DNA of 64,000 nucleotides, from the NCBI RefSeq assembly GCF_900187265.1, contig NZ_LT906450.1:981444-1045443 (forward strand), in the 5' to 3' direction. This DNA comes from Rhodococcus rhodochrous (GTDB taxonomy: Bacteria; Actinomycetota; Actinomycetes; Mycobacteriales; Mycobacteriaceae). A program made the translations under genes and the position numbers. The notes under the pieces are model-generated. The model searched no databases. It worked only from the letters and a program-made list of their open reading frames with translations, and was not told where the DNA came from. Below, piece by piece: positions 29,224-39,221 of this stretch. Within the stretch, counting starts at the first letter, position 1. Each line of letters begins with the position of its first letter.

Positions 29224-30297
29224 TCAGCGTGCGGGGCCGGATTCGAGAACGATGTCGGCGGAACGCCTTTCGCCGCTCTCGGTGGTCCACTCGATCGACA
29301 CGACATCGCCGGGACTGCGACGGAGCAGGCGCTCCTCGAGTTCACCGGTCGACGAGACCCGCTCACCGTCGAACGACACCACGACATCACCGGCGTCGAG
29401 ACCGGCGTGATAGGCGGGACTGTCGTAGGAGACCCACAGCACTTCGGCCCCGAGATCCTGGCCGTCCCTGCGCGCGGTGGTGACGCTCGCGCCCAGCCGG
29501 GGTGTCGGACCCACGTGCACCGACCCTTCGCTCACCCCCGTCCGCACCTGCTCGACGACGGTGACCGCCTCGGTGATGGGCACCGCGTACGCCTCGGGGG
29601 TCGTATCGGGCGAGGTGTCGGTGTTCCGCTGCACCGCACCCGCGGTGTTGATGCCCACGACCGTTCCGTACTCGTCGACCAGCGGCCCGCCGGAATCACC
29701 CGGCCGGATGGGGGCGTCGGTGCGGATCATCCCCGTGAGGCGGTGGCGCGAACCGTCCGTGGCGTCGCGCACCACCACGTTGCGGTCGAACTCGACGATT
29801 GTGCCGGGGGTCGCCACGACGACCCCACCGCCCTGGGAGTTGCCGAAGGCCGTGACCCGGCTGCCCACCGGCGGCAGGTCCTCGGCGATCGTGGCGGCCG
29901 GGAGGTCGCTCGCAGTGCCGAGTCGCAGCACGGCGAGATCGCGCTCGCGGTCGTAGCCGAGGACCTCCGCGTCGTGGATCAGGCCGTTCGCGCCGCTCAC
30001 CGCGCTGATGTCGGTGGCTCCGCTCACCACATGATGATTCGTGACGACCGTGCCGTCGGGAGTGATCACGATCCCGGTGCCCGTCATGCCCGTCCATCCC
30101 GCGCTCGCGTCGATCGTCACGACGACCGGCAGGGTGCGCGCGGTGAGTTCGTCGGCGGTCAGCGGCGTCGGGGGCGGAGCGACCGGCACCGGAGGTGGGG
30201 GAGGGAGCGCGACGTCGACCAGGGCCGGTGCCGATGCGACGAGGCTGGCGGTGGTCGCGAGCGCGACCAGCAGCACCGATCCGCCCCGCCCGCTCAC
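29224..30297 (-). CDS. Secreted trypsin-like serine protease (S1C/HtrA-like) with a C-terminal PDZ domain
   Basis: Signal peptide and Pro-rich linker, catalytic GDSGGPL and a PDZ-like tail. The GTG overlaps the upstream gene's stop. Confidence 0.8.
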   Translation of the reverse strand: MSGRGGSVLLVALATTASLVASAPALVDVALPPPPPVPVAPPPTPLTADELTARTLPVVVTIDASAGWTGMTGTGIVITPDGTVVTNHHVVSGATDISAVSGANGLIHDAEVLGYDRERDLAVLRLGTASDLPAATIAEDLPPVGSRVTAFGNSQGGGVVVATPGTIVEFDRNVVVRDATDGSRHRLTGMIRTDAPIRPGDSGGPLVDEYGTVVGINTAGAVQRNTDTSPDTTPEAYAVPITEAVTVVEQVRTGVSEGSVHVGPTPRLGASVTTARRDGQDLGAEVLWVSYDSPAYHAGLDAGDVVVSFDGERVSSTGELEERLLRRSPGDVVSIEWTTESGERRSADIVLESGPAR

Positions 30298-31460
30298 TGC
30301 TGCGGCACCTCGCGGGTGAGATGGTCGAGCAGTTCCCGGGCCGCGGCGCGACCGGCGCGGTTCGCCCCGATCGTGGACGCCGACGGGCCGTAGCCGACGA
30401 GATGGATGCGCGGATCCTTCGCGACGCGGGTCGCGAGCCGGCCGTCCATCGTGATGCCGCCACCGGCATTGCGCAACGACAGTGGCGCCAGGTGGTCGAG
30501 GGAACTTCGGAATCCGGTGCACCACAGGATGGCATCGACGTCGAGTGTCCGGCCGTCGCTCCACCGCACACCGGTCTCGGTGATCTCGGAGAACATCGGG
30601 GACCGCTCCAGCACGCCGCGTTCGCGCGCGGCCCGCAGCGCCGGGGTGAGCGGGAGCCCGGTGACGGAGACGACCGATCCGGGTGGCAGTCCGCGTCGTA
30701 CCCGATCCTCCACGAGTGCGACGGCAGCGTGACCGCGCTCGGCAGTGAAAGGTTCCTCGCTCCAGGCAGGTTCGCGTCGCGTCACCCAGGTGGTCTCGGT
30801 GACGCGGGAGATCTCGCCGAGGAGTTGGACCGCGGAGATGCCGCCACCGACGACGAGTACGTGCTTCCCGGTGAAGTCCTCGGCCGTTCGATAGTCCTTG
30901 GTGTGCAGTTGGCGTCCGGTGAAGCGTGCGGCGCCGGGATACCACGGGACGAAGGGGCGCTCCCAGGTGCCGGTCGCGTTGATGATGCCGCGTGCCGCGT
31001 AGACGGCCGATTCGGTCTCGACGCGCAGTCGCTCGCCGCGGTCGCACACGACCCGCACGGTGGTGGGGCGGTGGACGGGAAGGTCGAACTCCTTCTCGTA
31101 GGCGGCGTAGTACTGCGGTACCGCAGATGCTGCCGGAACCTCACCCGCGGAGGTGTCGACGACGTCCGCGAACGCGAGGCCGGGCAGGTCGTGGACGCCG
31201 TTGACGGTGCTCAGTGTCAGTGACGGCCAGCGGTCCTGCCATGCACCGCCGGGGCCGAACGAGCGGTCGAGGACGACGAATCCGGTCTCGGGTGCGACTC
31301 CGAAGCGGGTGAGGAAGTAGGCGGTCGACAGACCGGCCTGCCCGGCTCCGATCACGACGATATCGACCGGCGTCGCATCGGCGGTCTGTATCTCGGCCGC
31401 ATCGAGTGCCTCGTCGGCGAGCATCGCGAGCCTCCCTCTCGGATCGTTGTCCTTCATCAT
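30294..31460 (-). CDS. FAD/NAD(P)-binding oxidoreductase (flavin-containing monooxygenase-like)
   Basis: VVIGAGQAGLSTAY (FAD GxGxxG) and a second dinucleotide motif VLVVGGGISAVQ. Confidence 0.75.
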   Translation of the reverse strand: MMKDNDPRGRLAMLADEALDAAEIQTADATPVDIVVIGAGQAGLSTAYFLTRFGVAPETGFVVLDRSFGPGGAWQDRWPSLTLSTVNGVHDLPGLAFADVVDTSAGEVPAASAVPQYYAAYEKEFDLPVHRPTTVRVVCDRGERLRVETESAVYAARGIINATGTWERPFVPWYPGAARFTGRQLHTKDYRTAEDFTGKHVLVVGGGISAVQLLGEISRVTETTWVTRREPAWSEEPFTAERGHAAVALVEDRVRRGLPPGSVVSVTGLPLTPALRAARERGVLERSPMFSEITETGVRWSDGRTLDVDAILWCTGFRSSLDHLAPLSLRNAGGGITMDGRLATRVAKDPRIHLVGYGPSASTIGANRAGRAAARELLDHLTREVPQQ

Positions 31461-31512
31461 GCCGCGATCGCGGCCGATGCGCGGAAGGAACGCTGTCCGC
31501 AACCGTGGAAAT

Positions 31513-31522
31513 GTGATATCAC
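31513..31522. promoter_or_regulatory. GTGATATCAC palindrome (extended 14/16) in the AT-rich divergent promoter between the FMO-like gene and the SPFH gene
   Basis: Read directly from the sequence. Confidence 0.3.
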
Positions 31523-31555
31523 TTTAATATCGCTTTGACTCTGGGAGGTAGGAAC

Positions 31556-32446
31556 ATGGATGTCGTGCAATCGCCCGTGACCGTCGAGCGGCCGGGCGGC
31601 TCGTCCAACGGCTGGTCGGTGCTGATCGCCGCCCTGGTCGTGATCGCCGTCGGCGCCGGTCTGATCGGCTGGGGAGCGGTGGATGTCACCGTCCCGCTGA
31701 TCGTCGCCGGAGGTGTGCTCGTCGTTCTCGCCCTCGTGCCGCTCGCCGGACTCGTCCTCGTCGAACCGAACGAGGCCCGCGTCCTCCAGCTCCTCGGCAG
31801 CTCGTACACCGGAACCCTGCGCGAACCCGGTCTGCGCTGGATGAACCCGCTCAACACCCGCCGCAAGATCTCCACCCGCATCCGCAACCACGAGACGGGC
31901 CGAGCCAAGGTCAACGACGCAGACGGCAACCCCATCGAGATCTCGGCGGTCATCGTGTGGCAGGTCGAGGACACCGCACGGGCCGTCTTCGACGTCGACG
32001 ACTTCGAGGAGTTCGTCGCCGTGCAGACCGAGGCCGCGGTCCGTCACATCGCCGGTTCGTACCCGTACGACGCTGCGCCGGAAGTGATGTCGCTGCGCCA
32101 GAACGCCGACGAGATAACCACCAAGCTCTCGGCAGAGGTCCACGACCGCGTGCAGTCCGCCGGCATCCGCGTCATCGAGACCCGCATCAACCAGCTCGCC
32201 TACGCACCCGAGATCGCCCAGGCGATGCTGCGACGCCAGCAGGCCGGCGCCGTCATCGCCGCCCGCGAGCAGATCGTCAAAGGTGCCGTCTCGATGGTCG
32301 GCACCGCCCTGGCCCGCCTCGAGGCCGAGCACACCGTCGAGCTCGACGAGGAACGCAAGGCCGCGATGGTCTCGAATCTCCTCGTCGTGTTGTGTGGAGA
32401 CCAGAGTGCTCAGCCCGTCCTCAACACGGGATCGCTGTACCAGTAG
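31556..32446 (+). CDS. SPFH/band-7 (stomatin/prohibitin-like) domain membrane protein
   Basis: N-terminal TM then an SPFH core. RBS GGGAGGTAGG. Confidence 0.8.
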   Translation: MDVVQSPVTVERPGGSSNGWSVLIAALVVIAVGAGLIGWGAVDVTVPLIVAGGVLVVLALVPLAGLVLVEPNEARVLQLLGSSYTGTLREPGLRWMNPLNTRRKISTRIRNHETGRAKVNDADGNPIEISAVIVWQVEDTARAVFDVDDFEEFVAVQTEAAVRHIAGSYPYDAAPEVMSLRQNADEITTKLSAEVHDRVQSAGIRVIETRINQLAYAPEIAQAMLRRQQAGAVIAAREQIVKGAVSMVGTALARLEAEHTVELDEERKAAMVSNLLVVLCGDQSAQPVLNTGSLYQ

Positions 32447-32458
32447 GGATCATGCGGC

Positions 32459-32668
32459 ATGGCCGAACGTAAGAAGGTGCTGCTGCGCCTCGACCCGGCA
32501 GTCCACGACGCGCTCGCGCGGTGGGCTGCCGACGAGTTGCGCAGCACCAACGCCCAGATCGAGTTCCTGCTCCGGCGGGCCCTCACCGAGGCCGGCCGGA
32601 TGCCGCGCGAGGTGGGACGCATGCGCGGACCGGGCCGTCCGCGCGCCGATGCCGACGACGAGGAGTGA
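32459..32668 (+). CDS. Small ribbon-helix-helix (Arc/CopG-like) DNA-binding protein
   Basis: 69 aa. KKVLLRLDPAVHDALARWAADELRSTNAQIEFLLRRAL looks like an RHH beta-strand followed by two helices. It starts 12 nt after SPFH. Confidence 0.6.
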   Translation: MAERKKVLLRLDPAVHDALARWAADELRSTNAQIEFLLRRALTEAGRMPREVGRMRGPGRPRADADDEE

Positions 32669-32674
32669 GCCGAC

Positions 32675-33358
32675 ATGGCCGACACGGCACGACGGAGAAG
32701 CGCCGCCGACGAGACGGGTCGCTACGCAGTGCTCCACCCGGCGATCGCCGAGGCGGCCCACCGCGCGGGTGCGACCGCGATCGGCCTGATCGACGTGGGG
32801 CGCACCGCGGCCCTGAACCTGTGCGTCGACCGTGTGGGCATCACCTACAGCGACGGCGTCTTCCTGGGCGATCCGGATTCCCCTGTGCAGGAGAGTTGTT
32901 CGATCGTCCACGGCGGGTCGGTTCCCGAGCGGGCGATGCCTCCGGTGGTCGCGCGCGCCGCCGTGACGCGGCACCGGCCCGGCGTCGAGGACGCCCTGCT
33001 CGCCGAGGACCCACCCGTCCGGTTCTGCGGCGACCTCGTGGACCTGCTGCCCGACGCGATCGCGGCGGTACCCGAGGGTGCTCTGCCCGTCGTGACGACG
33101 ACCTGGGCGTTGTCGCGTCTGGCGATCCCGCGACGCCCGTCGTTCGTCATCCGCCTCCGCGAGGCGGCCGCGGTGCGAACGGTCGCGTGGGTGTCGGCCG
33201 AGGGTGTGGGCGTCGCGCCGTCGATCCCGACGCTCGGTGATCGCCCGGCCTCCGGTCACAGCATCGTCGGTATCGCGTTGTACGAGGGCTCTCGGCAGCG
33301 GGTGGATGCGGTGGCGCGCTGCTGGTCGCGCGGGCGTCTCCTCGACTGGTTCCACTGA
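32675..33358 (+). CDS. Conserved hypothetical protein (DUF2332-like)
   Basis: 227 aa with coding-like composition. The family assignment is tentative. Confidence 0.5.
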   Translation: MADTARRRSAADETGRYAVLHPAIAEAAHRAGATAIGLIDVGRTAALNLCVDRVGITYSDGVFLGDPDSPVQESCSIVHGGSVPERAMPPVVARAAVTRHRPGVEDALLAEDPPVRFCGDLVDLLPDAIAAVPEGALPVVTTTWALSRLAIPRRPSFVIRLREAAAVRTVAWVSAEGVGVAPSIPTLGDRPASGHSIVGIALYEGSRQRVDAVARCWSRGRLLDWFH

Positions 33359-33495
33359 TCCCGATTCCACAGTTTCGGTGGTTCCAGCCCCGCTCAGCGG
33401 GGTCGGATCCACCGAAATCGGATCAGGGCGATCAGGGCATGCTCGAACTGATGGAATGATGCGGGGTGTTCGGTGACGAAGGGATGGGGCGACAC

Positions 33496-34227
33496 ATGAT
33501 CGGGATCAGCCGCGACGGCGACGTCGTGACCGTGGAACTGCAACGCGAGGAACGCAGGAACGCGCTCAACACGCAGTTGTGCGTGGAGATCCGCGAAGCC
33601 GTGGACAAGGCCGTGGCCGACGACGCGCGCGTCATGGTGATCACCGGGCGGGGCTCGAGCTTCTGCGCCGGGGCCGATCTCTCCGGCGACGTCTACGCCG
33701 AAGGGTTCACCGACAGCCTCGCCGAGATGCTGCGCACCATCGTCGAGGCGCCGATTCCGGTGATCGCGGCCGTCAACGGCCCGGCCATCGGTGCCGGCAC
33801 CCAGCTGACGCTCGCGTCGGACCTGAGGGTCGTGGCGCCCACCGCGCGTTTCTCGGTTCCTGCTGCGCGCCTCGGTATCTCGGTGGACCGCTGGACGGTC
33901 CGGCGCCTCGCCTCGCTCATCGGCGGCGGTCCGGCACGCGCCGTCTTCCTCGCCGCCGAACCCGTCCACGCCGAGGAGGCGCTCGCGCGGGGGCTCGCCA
34001 ACCGCATCGGCGATCTCGCCGCCGCCCAGGCCTGGGCGCACGAGATCGCGAAGCTCGCGCCGCTGTCGCTGAACGCGATGAAGTTGTTCCTCAACGACGA
34101 CGGCACCCGCGACGAGGCCACACCCGAACAGACTGCCGCACTCGCTGCGGCATGGCTCAGCGAGGACGCCCAGGAGGCCAGGCTCGCTCGTTCCGAGCGC
34201 CGCGACCCGATCTTCCGCGGACGATGA
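33496..34227 (+). CDS. echA6: Enoyl-CoA hydratase/isomerase family protein (EchA6-like)
   Basis: Crotonase motifs (ITGRGSSFCAGADL, NGPAIGAGTQL). Syntenic with Mtb Rv0905. Confidence 0.85.
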   Translation: MIGISRDGDVVTVELQREERRNALNTQLCVEIREAVDKAVADDARVMVITGRGSSFCAGADLSGDVYAEGFTDSLAEMLRTIVEAPIPVIAAVNGPAIGAGTQLTLASDLRVVAPTARFSVPAARLGISVDRWTVRRLASLIGGGPARAVFLAAEPVHAEEALARGLANRIGDLAAAQAWAHEIAKLAPLSLNAMKLFLNDDGTRDEATPEQTAALAAAWLSEDAQEARLARSERRDPIFRGR

Positions 34228-35357
34228 ACGTCCGGTCCGCGGTCTCGGCCGCGCTCGCCGGAGCGGGCACTCTGTGGGTCGCGCGCGCCGTCAACGGCCT
34301 GCCCGGTTCCATCGGCGCCTCGGTCTCCGACATCCGCCCGTACGCCGCCGCGTCGCCCCGCTACCGCGACGGTCGTTTCCACAACACCGACCCGGCGTCC
34401 GTGCTCGGCCCCGAGGCGGCGGGCGGTTTCGCGAAGGACCTGCTCACCCGAGGATCGCGGGGCAGACCTCGCACCGACGTGCCGTTGTCGCCCTATCTCG
34501 CTCCGGTCGACGCGGCGGAACTCGCCGTGACGTGGTTCGGGCACTCGACCGCCCTCGTGGAGGTCGACGGTTACCGGGTGCTGTGCGACCCGGTGTGGAG
34601 CGAGCGCGTGTCGCCGTCACCGACCGTCGGCCCGGCACGTCTGCATCCGGTGCCGGTCGAACTGCAGACCCTGCCGCGCCTCGATGCGGTGGTGATCTCG
34701 CACGACCACTACGACCATCTCGACCGGTTCACGATCGAGAGCCTCGCCGTGCTGCAGCCGACCGTCCGGTTCGTCGTCCCACTGGGGGTGGGTGCGCACC
34801 TGCGCCGCTGGCGGATCGACGAGGACCGCATCGTCGAACTCGACTGGGACGAGCACGTCGAGGTCGACGGCCTGCGCATCACGTGCACCGAGGCCCGGCA
34901 CTTCTCCGGCCGGGGCCTGCAGCGCAACATCACGTTGTGGTCGTCGTGGGTGTTCACCGGGCCGGTGCGCCGGGTGTTCTTCGGTGGTGACAGCGGGTAC
35001 ACCCCGCGGTTCGCGGACGTCGGCGAGGCATACGGGCCGTTCGACCTGACGTTGCTGCCCGTCGGCGCCTACGACAAGCGCTGGCCCGACGTGCACATGA
35101 ATCCGGAGGAGGCGGTGCGCACGCATCTCGACCTCGGTGGTGTCGACCGTCGCGACAGTCTGCTGGTGCCCGTGCACTGGGGAACCTTCGACCTCGCCTT
35201 CCATGCCTGGTCGGAGCCGATCACCCGGTTGCTGCCCGCCGCGAAGGAGTCGGAGGTGATCACGGCGGTGCCGATGCCGGGTCAGCGGATCGACGTGTCG
35301 AAGTCCGACACGTCGAAGCCCGTCGCACTCGAGCCCTGGTGGCTCGCGTCGAGCTGA
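34224..35357 (+). CDS. MBL-fold metallo-hydrolase (NAPE-PLD-like, Rv0906-like)
   Basis: The ATG overlaps the echA6 stop (ATGA). Metallo-beta-lactamase fold with VISHDHYDH. Confidence 0.8.
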   Translation: MNVRSAVSAALAGAGTLWVARAVNGLPGSIGASVSDIRPYAAASPRYRDGRFHNTDPASVLGPEAAGGFAKDLLTRGSRGRPRTDVPLSPYLAPVDAAELAVTWFGHSTALVEVDGYRVLCDPVWSERVSPSPTVGPARLHPVPVELQTLPRLDAVVISHDHYDHLDRFTIESLAVLQPTVRFVVPLGVGAHLRRWRIDEDRIVELDWDEHVEVDGLRITCTEARHFSGRGLQRNITLWSSWVFTGPVRRVFFGGDSGYTPRFADVGEAYGPFDLTLLPVGAYDKRWPDVHMNPEEAVRTHLDLGGVDRRDSLLVPVHWGTFDLAFHAWSEPITRLLPAAKESEVITAVPMPGQRIDVSKSDTSKPVALEPWWLASS

Positions 35358-35409
35358 TCCACCCGCCACGACACCGGTTGTTCGCTTTCGTGCCCTAATC
35401 TGGTTCGTC

Positions 35410-37887
35410 ATGGCAGTAGAAGAGCCCACGACGGTGGTGGGAACGGGCGAGGCGCCGGTCCTCGCACCCGACCACGCAGCCAACGGGCTGTCCACCGAGC
35501 AGGTCGCCGAGCGTGTGGCGCGTGGCCTCACCAACGATGTCCCCGACCGCGCATCCCGGTCGGTCAAGGACATCGTCCGGGCCAACGTGTTCACCCGCAT
35601 CAACGCGATCCTCGGGGTGCTGCTGCTGATCGTGCTGGCCACCGGCTCGATCATCGACGGCATGTTCGGTCTGCTGATCATCGCGAACAGCAGCATCGGC
35701 ATCATCCAGGAGGTGCGCGCCAAGCGCACCCTCGACAAACTGGCCATCGTCAGCCAGACGAAGCCCGTCGTGCGCCGGGACGGCGCCGCCGCGCCGATCG
35801 TTCCCCGCGAAGTGGTCCTCGACGACCTCATCGAGCTCGGCCCCGGCGACCAGCTGGTCGTCGACGGCGAGGTGGTCGAGGCCCAGGGACTCGAACTGGA
35901 CGAGTCGCTGTTGACGGGCGAGTCGGATCCCGTGCACAAGGTGCCCGGTTCGACGGTCATGTCGGGCAGCTTCGTCGCCTCCGGTTCCGGCTCCTACCGC
36001 GCGACGAAGGTCGGCCGCGACGCCTACGCGGCGCGGCTCGCGGAAGAGGCCAGCAAGTTCACGCTCGTGAAGTCGGAGCTGAACGCGGGCATCAACAAGA
36101 TCCTGCGCTTCATCACCTACCTGATGATCCCCGCGGGTCTGCTCATCATCTACAACCAGCTCTTCTCCAGCGGCGAGTCGCTCGGCCCCGCGCTGAGCGG
36201 CATGGTCGCCGCCCTCGTGCCCATGGTGCCCGAGGGCCTCGTGCTCATGACCTCCATCGCGTTCGCGGTCGGTGTCGTCCGCCTCGGGCGACGCCAATGC
36301 CTCGTGCAGGAACTGCCGGCGATCGAAGGCCTCGCGCGCGTCGACGTGGTGTGCGCCGACAAGACCGGCACGCTCACCGAGAACGGCATGCGCCTGTCCG
36401 ACCTCGAAGCCGTCGACGGCAGCGACCTCGACGAGGCCCGCGCCGCCCTGGCCGCGCTCGCGGCCGACGACCCGCGCCCCAACGCCAGCGTCCTCGCGAT
36501 CGCCGAGGCGTTCCCCACCGCCCCCGGCTGGGGCGAGCCGACGGCCGTCGCGCCGTTCTCGTCGGCGAAGAAGTGGAGCGGTCAGTCGTACGGCATCCAC
36601 GGCAATTGGCTCCTCGGCGCACCCGACGTGCTGCTCGACCCCGGCACCGACGCGGCGCGACGCGCCGAGGAACTCGGCTCGAACGGACTGCGGGTGCTGC
36701 TGCTCGCGCGCAGCGACCGTCCGGTCGACGACGAACTTGCTCCCGGCACGGTCACGCCGGCGGCGCTCGTCGTCCTCGAACAGCGGGTACGCCCGGACGC
36801 GAAGCCGACCCTCGAGTACTTCGCCGGCCAGCAGGTCGACGTCAAGGTCATCTCCGGCGACAACGCGATCGCCGTCGGTGCGGTCGCCTCGTCGCTCGGC
36901 CTGCCGGGCAGCGCGTCCCCCATCGACGCGCGTTCCCTGCCGGAGGGCGGGAACGAACTCGCCGACGTCGTCGAGGGCTCGACGACCTTCGGCCGGGTCC
37001 GTCCCGACCAGAAGCGCGCGATGGTCGGAGCGCTGCAGTCGCGCGGCCACACCGTCGCGATGACCGGCGACGGCGTCAACGACGTGCTCGCCCTCAAGGA
37101 CGCCGACATCGGAGTCGCGATGGGATCGGGCAGCCCCGCCACCCGTGCGGTCGCGCAGATCGTCCTTCTCGACAACAAGTTCGCGACGCTGCCCTACGTG
37201 GTGGCCGAGGGTCGTCGGGTCATCGGCAACATCGAACGCGTCTCCAACCTGTTCCTCACCAAGACGGTGTACTCGGTGCTCCTCGCCTTCCTGGTGGGCG
37301 TGTCGGGTGTGCTGTCGCAGGTATTCGACTTCGAGCCGTTGCCGTACCCGTTCCTGCCGCGCCACGTGACGATCGCGGCGTGGTTCACCATCGGCATCCC
37401 CGCCTTCCTGCTGTCGCTGGCACCGAACAACGAGCGGGCACGCTCGGGCTTCGTCTCCCGCGTGATGCGACTGGCGATCCCCTCGGGCGTCGTGGTCGGT
37501 GTGGCGACCTTCGTCTGTTACGTGCTCGTCTACGGCGGTCCGGAGCAGACCGAGCAGCAGAAGATCCAGGCCGGTACCTCGGCCCTGATCACCCTGCTGA
37601 TCATCGCGCTGTGGGTGCTCGCGGTGGTCGCCCGCCCGTACCAGTGGTGGAAGATCGTGCTGCTCGCCGGTTCGGTGCTCGGCTACGTGATCCTGTTCTC
37701 CGTACCGTTCACCCGCGAGTTCTTCGCGCTCGACCCGTCGAACGTCGGGTACACGACGATCGCGGTGACGTGCGGGCTGATCGGAGTCGTCCTCGTCGAG
37801 GCCCTGTGGTGGGTGTCGGGGCGTCTGCACGGGGAACGCCGGCGCCTGTTCGCTGCCCACGACGATCTGCTGCCGGGCGTACACTGA
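35410..37887 (+). CDS. ctpE: Cation-transporting P-type ATPase (CtpE-like)
   Basis: 825 aa with [26 protein letters not shown] and VAMG motifs. Syntenic with Mtb Rv0908. Confidence 0.9.
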   Translation: MAVEEPTTVVGTGEAPVLAPDHAANGLSTEQVAERVARGLTNDVPDRASRSVKDIVRANVFTRINAILGVLLLIVLATGSIIDGMFGLLIIANSSIGIIQEVRAKRTLDKLAIVSQTKPVVRRDGAAAPIVPREVVLDDLIELGPGDQLVVDGEVVEAQGLELDESLLTGESDPVHKVPGSTVMSGSFVASGSGSYRATKVGRDAYAARLAEEASKFTLVKSELNAGINKILRFITYLMIPAGLLIIYNQLFSSGESLGPALSGMVAALVPMVPEGLVLMTSIAFAVGVVRLGRRQCLVQELPAIEGLARVDVVCADKTGTLTENGMRLSDLEAVDGSDLDEARAALAALAADDPRPNASVLAIAEAFPTAPGWGEPTAVAPFSSAKKWSGQSYGIHGNWLLGAPDVLLDPGTDAARRAEELGSNGLRVLLLARSDRPVDDELAPGTVTPAALVVLEQRVRPDAKPTLEYFAGQQVDVKVISGDNAIAVGAVASSLGLPGSASPIDARSLPEGGNELADVVEGSTTFGRVRPDQKRAMVGALQSRGHTVAMTGDGVNDVLALKDADIGVAMGSGSPATRAVAQIVLLDNKFATLPYVVAEGRRVIGNIERVSNLFLTKTVYSVLLAFLVGVSGVLSQVFDFEPLPYPFLPRHVTIAAWFTIGIPAFLLSLAPNNERARSGFVSRVMRLAIPSGVVVGVATFVCYVLVYGGPEQTEQQKIQAGTSALITLLIIALWVLAVVARPYQWWKIVLLAGSVLGYVILFSVPFTREFFALDPSNVGYTTIAVTCGLIGVVLVEALWWVSGRLHGERRRLFAAHDDLLPGVH

Positions 37888-37950
37888 CCCGCAGCGCACG
37901 GATGGGTGCGACCGAACCTCACGGCGATCCGACGAGGGAAGGACCGAACG

Positions 37951-38235
37951 ATGGGTTTCATGGATTCGGTGAAGGGCCTTGTGAACAAGGGCAAGGACTA
38001 CGCCGCGAAGAATCCCGACAAGGCCGACCAGTTCATCGAGAAGGCCGGCGACCAGGTGGACGGACGTACCGGCGGGAAGTACGCCCAGCACGTCGACAAG
38101 GCGCAGGACGCCGCTCGTCAGCATCTGGGTACCACCGACAATCCCGCACCGGGCACGCAGCCCGAACCCGGCGGTGAGCCGGGCCCCGAGGGCGGTCCGG
38201 GCCCCGAAGCACAGCCGGGTCCGCGTCAACCCTGA
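37951..38235 (+). CDS. MT0933/Rv0909-like antitoxin-family small protein
   Basis: N-terminal MGFMDSVKGLVNKGKDYAAKNPDKADQFIEKAGDQVDGRTGGKYAQHVDKAQDAA resembles Rv0909 with a Pro/Gly/Glu-rich tail. No partner toxin is adjacent. Confidence 0.6.
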   Translation: MGFMDSVKGLVNKGKDYAAKNPDKADQFIEKAGDQVDGRTGGKYAQHVDKAQDAARQHLGTTDNPAPGTQPEPGGEPGPEGGPGPEAQPGPRQP

Positions 38236-39192
38236 TCACGGCAGATACGGAAGTACCGTGTCGCCGAAGGTGTCGATGAACGGGCGCTGATCCGGCCCCA
38301 CATGGTGCAGGTAGATCTCGTCGAAACCGAGTTCGGCGAATTCGCACAGGCGGTCGACGTGTTCGGCGGGATCGTCGGACACGATCACTGCGCCCTCGAG
38401 GTCGCCGTCGTCGAGTTCGGCGGCGCGGGCCTCGAATTCCTCGGGCGTGGCGAGTTCTGCCATGAGGTCCGGCGGTAGGGCGTTCGTCGCCCACTGTTCC
38501 CGCGCGATCTCCCGAGCGCGCTCCCGCGTGGGCGCCCAACTCAGATGGACCTGCAGCACGGTCCGTCCGCGTCCGCCCCCGTCGCGGTAGGCGCCGAGGA
38601 TCCGCCGCAGGTCCTCGAGCGGGGCGTTCACGGTGACGAGACCGTCGACCCGGTCGGCGAAACGACCGGCCGTTTCGGGAGTCAATGCAGGAAGCAGGAT
38701 TTCGGGAGGGATCTCCGGCCGGTCCCAGACCCGTCCGCGGTCGACCCTCACCGCGCCGTCGTGGTCGACGACCTCGCCCGCGTGCAGGCGTCGCACGATG
38801 TCGAGGTTCTCGCCGAGGAGTTGCTGCCGTTCCTCCTTGGGTGGCCAGGAGACTCCGGACATCCGTTCGTTGCAGTGCTCGCCGCTGCCGAGTGCGAACC
38901 AGAAGCGGTGCGGGAACATCGATGCCAGAGTGGCGGTGGCCTGGGCGGTGACGACGGGGTGGTAGCGGAAGCCGGTCGCGGTGACGACACCGAAACGTAG
39001 GTCGGTGGTGGCCAGGGCCGCTCCGAGCCACGACCACGCGAACCCCGAGTGTCCCTGGCGGTGCGACCACGGCTCGATGTGGTCCGAGCACATGGCCGCC
39101 CCGAAGCCGGCCGCTTCCGCGAGCCGGACGTCCTCGAGCAGGCGGGATGGGGACGCCTGTTCGTGTGAGGCGTGAAAACCTATCAGCGTCAT
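38236..39192 (-). CDS. LLM-class F420-dependent oxidoreductase (G6PD-like subfamily)
   Basis: 318 aa. MTLIGFHASHEQASPSRLLE...CSDHIEPW is the luciferase-like monooxygenase fold. The start is refined inside the longer ORF. Confidence 0.75.
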   Translation of the reverse strand: MTLIGFHASHEQASPSRLLEDVRLAEAAGFGAAMCSDHIEPWSHRQGHSGFAWSWLGAALATTDLRFGVVTATGFRYHPVVTAQATATLASMFPHRFWFALGSGEHCNERMSGVSWPPKEERQQLLGENLDIVRRLHAGEVVDHDGAVRVDRGRVWDRPEIPPEILLPALTPETAGRFADRVDGLVTVNAPLEDLRRILGAYRDGGGRGRTVLQVHLSWAPTRERAREIAREQWATNALPPDLMAELATPEEFEARAAELDDGDLEGAVIVSDDPAEHVDRLCEFAELGFDEIYLHHVGPDQRPFIDTFGDTVLPYLP

Positions 39193-39221
39193 ACCTGTCC
39201 GCTCCTCCGGTCGATCGGCGA

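Noticed and set aside
35395-38229. 944-aa minus-strand ORF
   Set aside because: It is antisense to the well-supported P-type ATPase ctpE.
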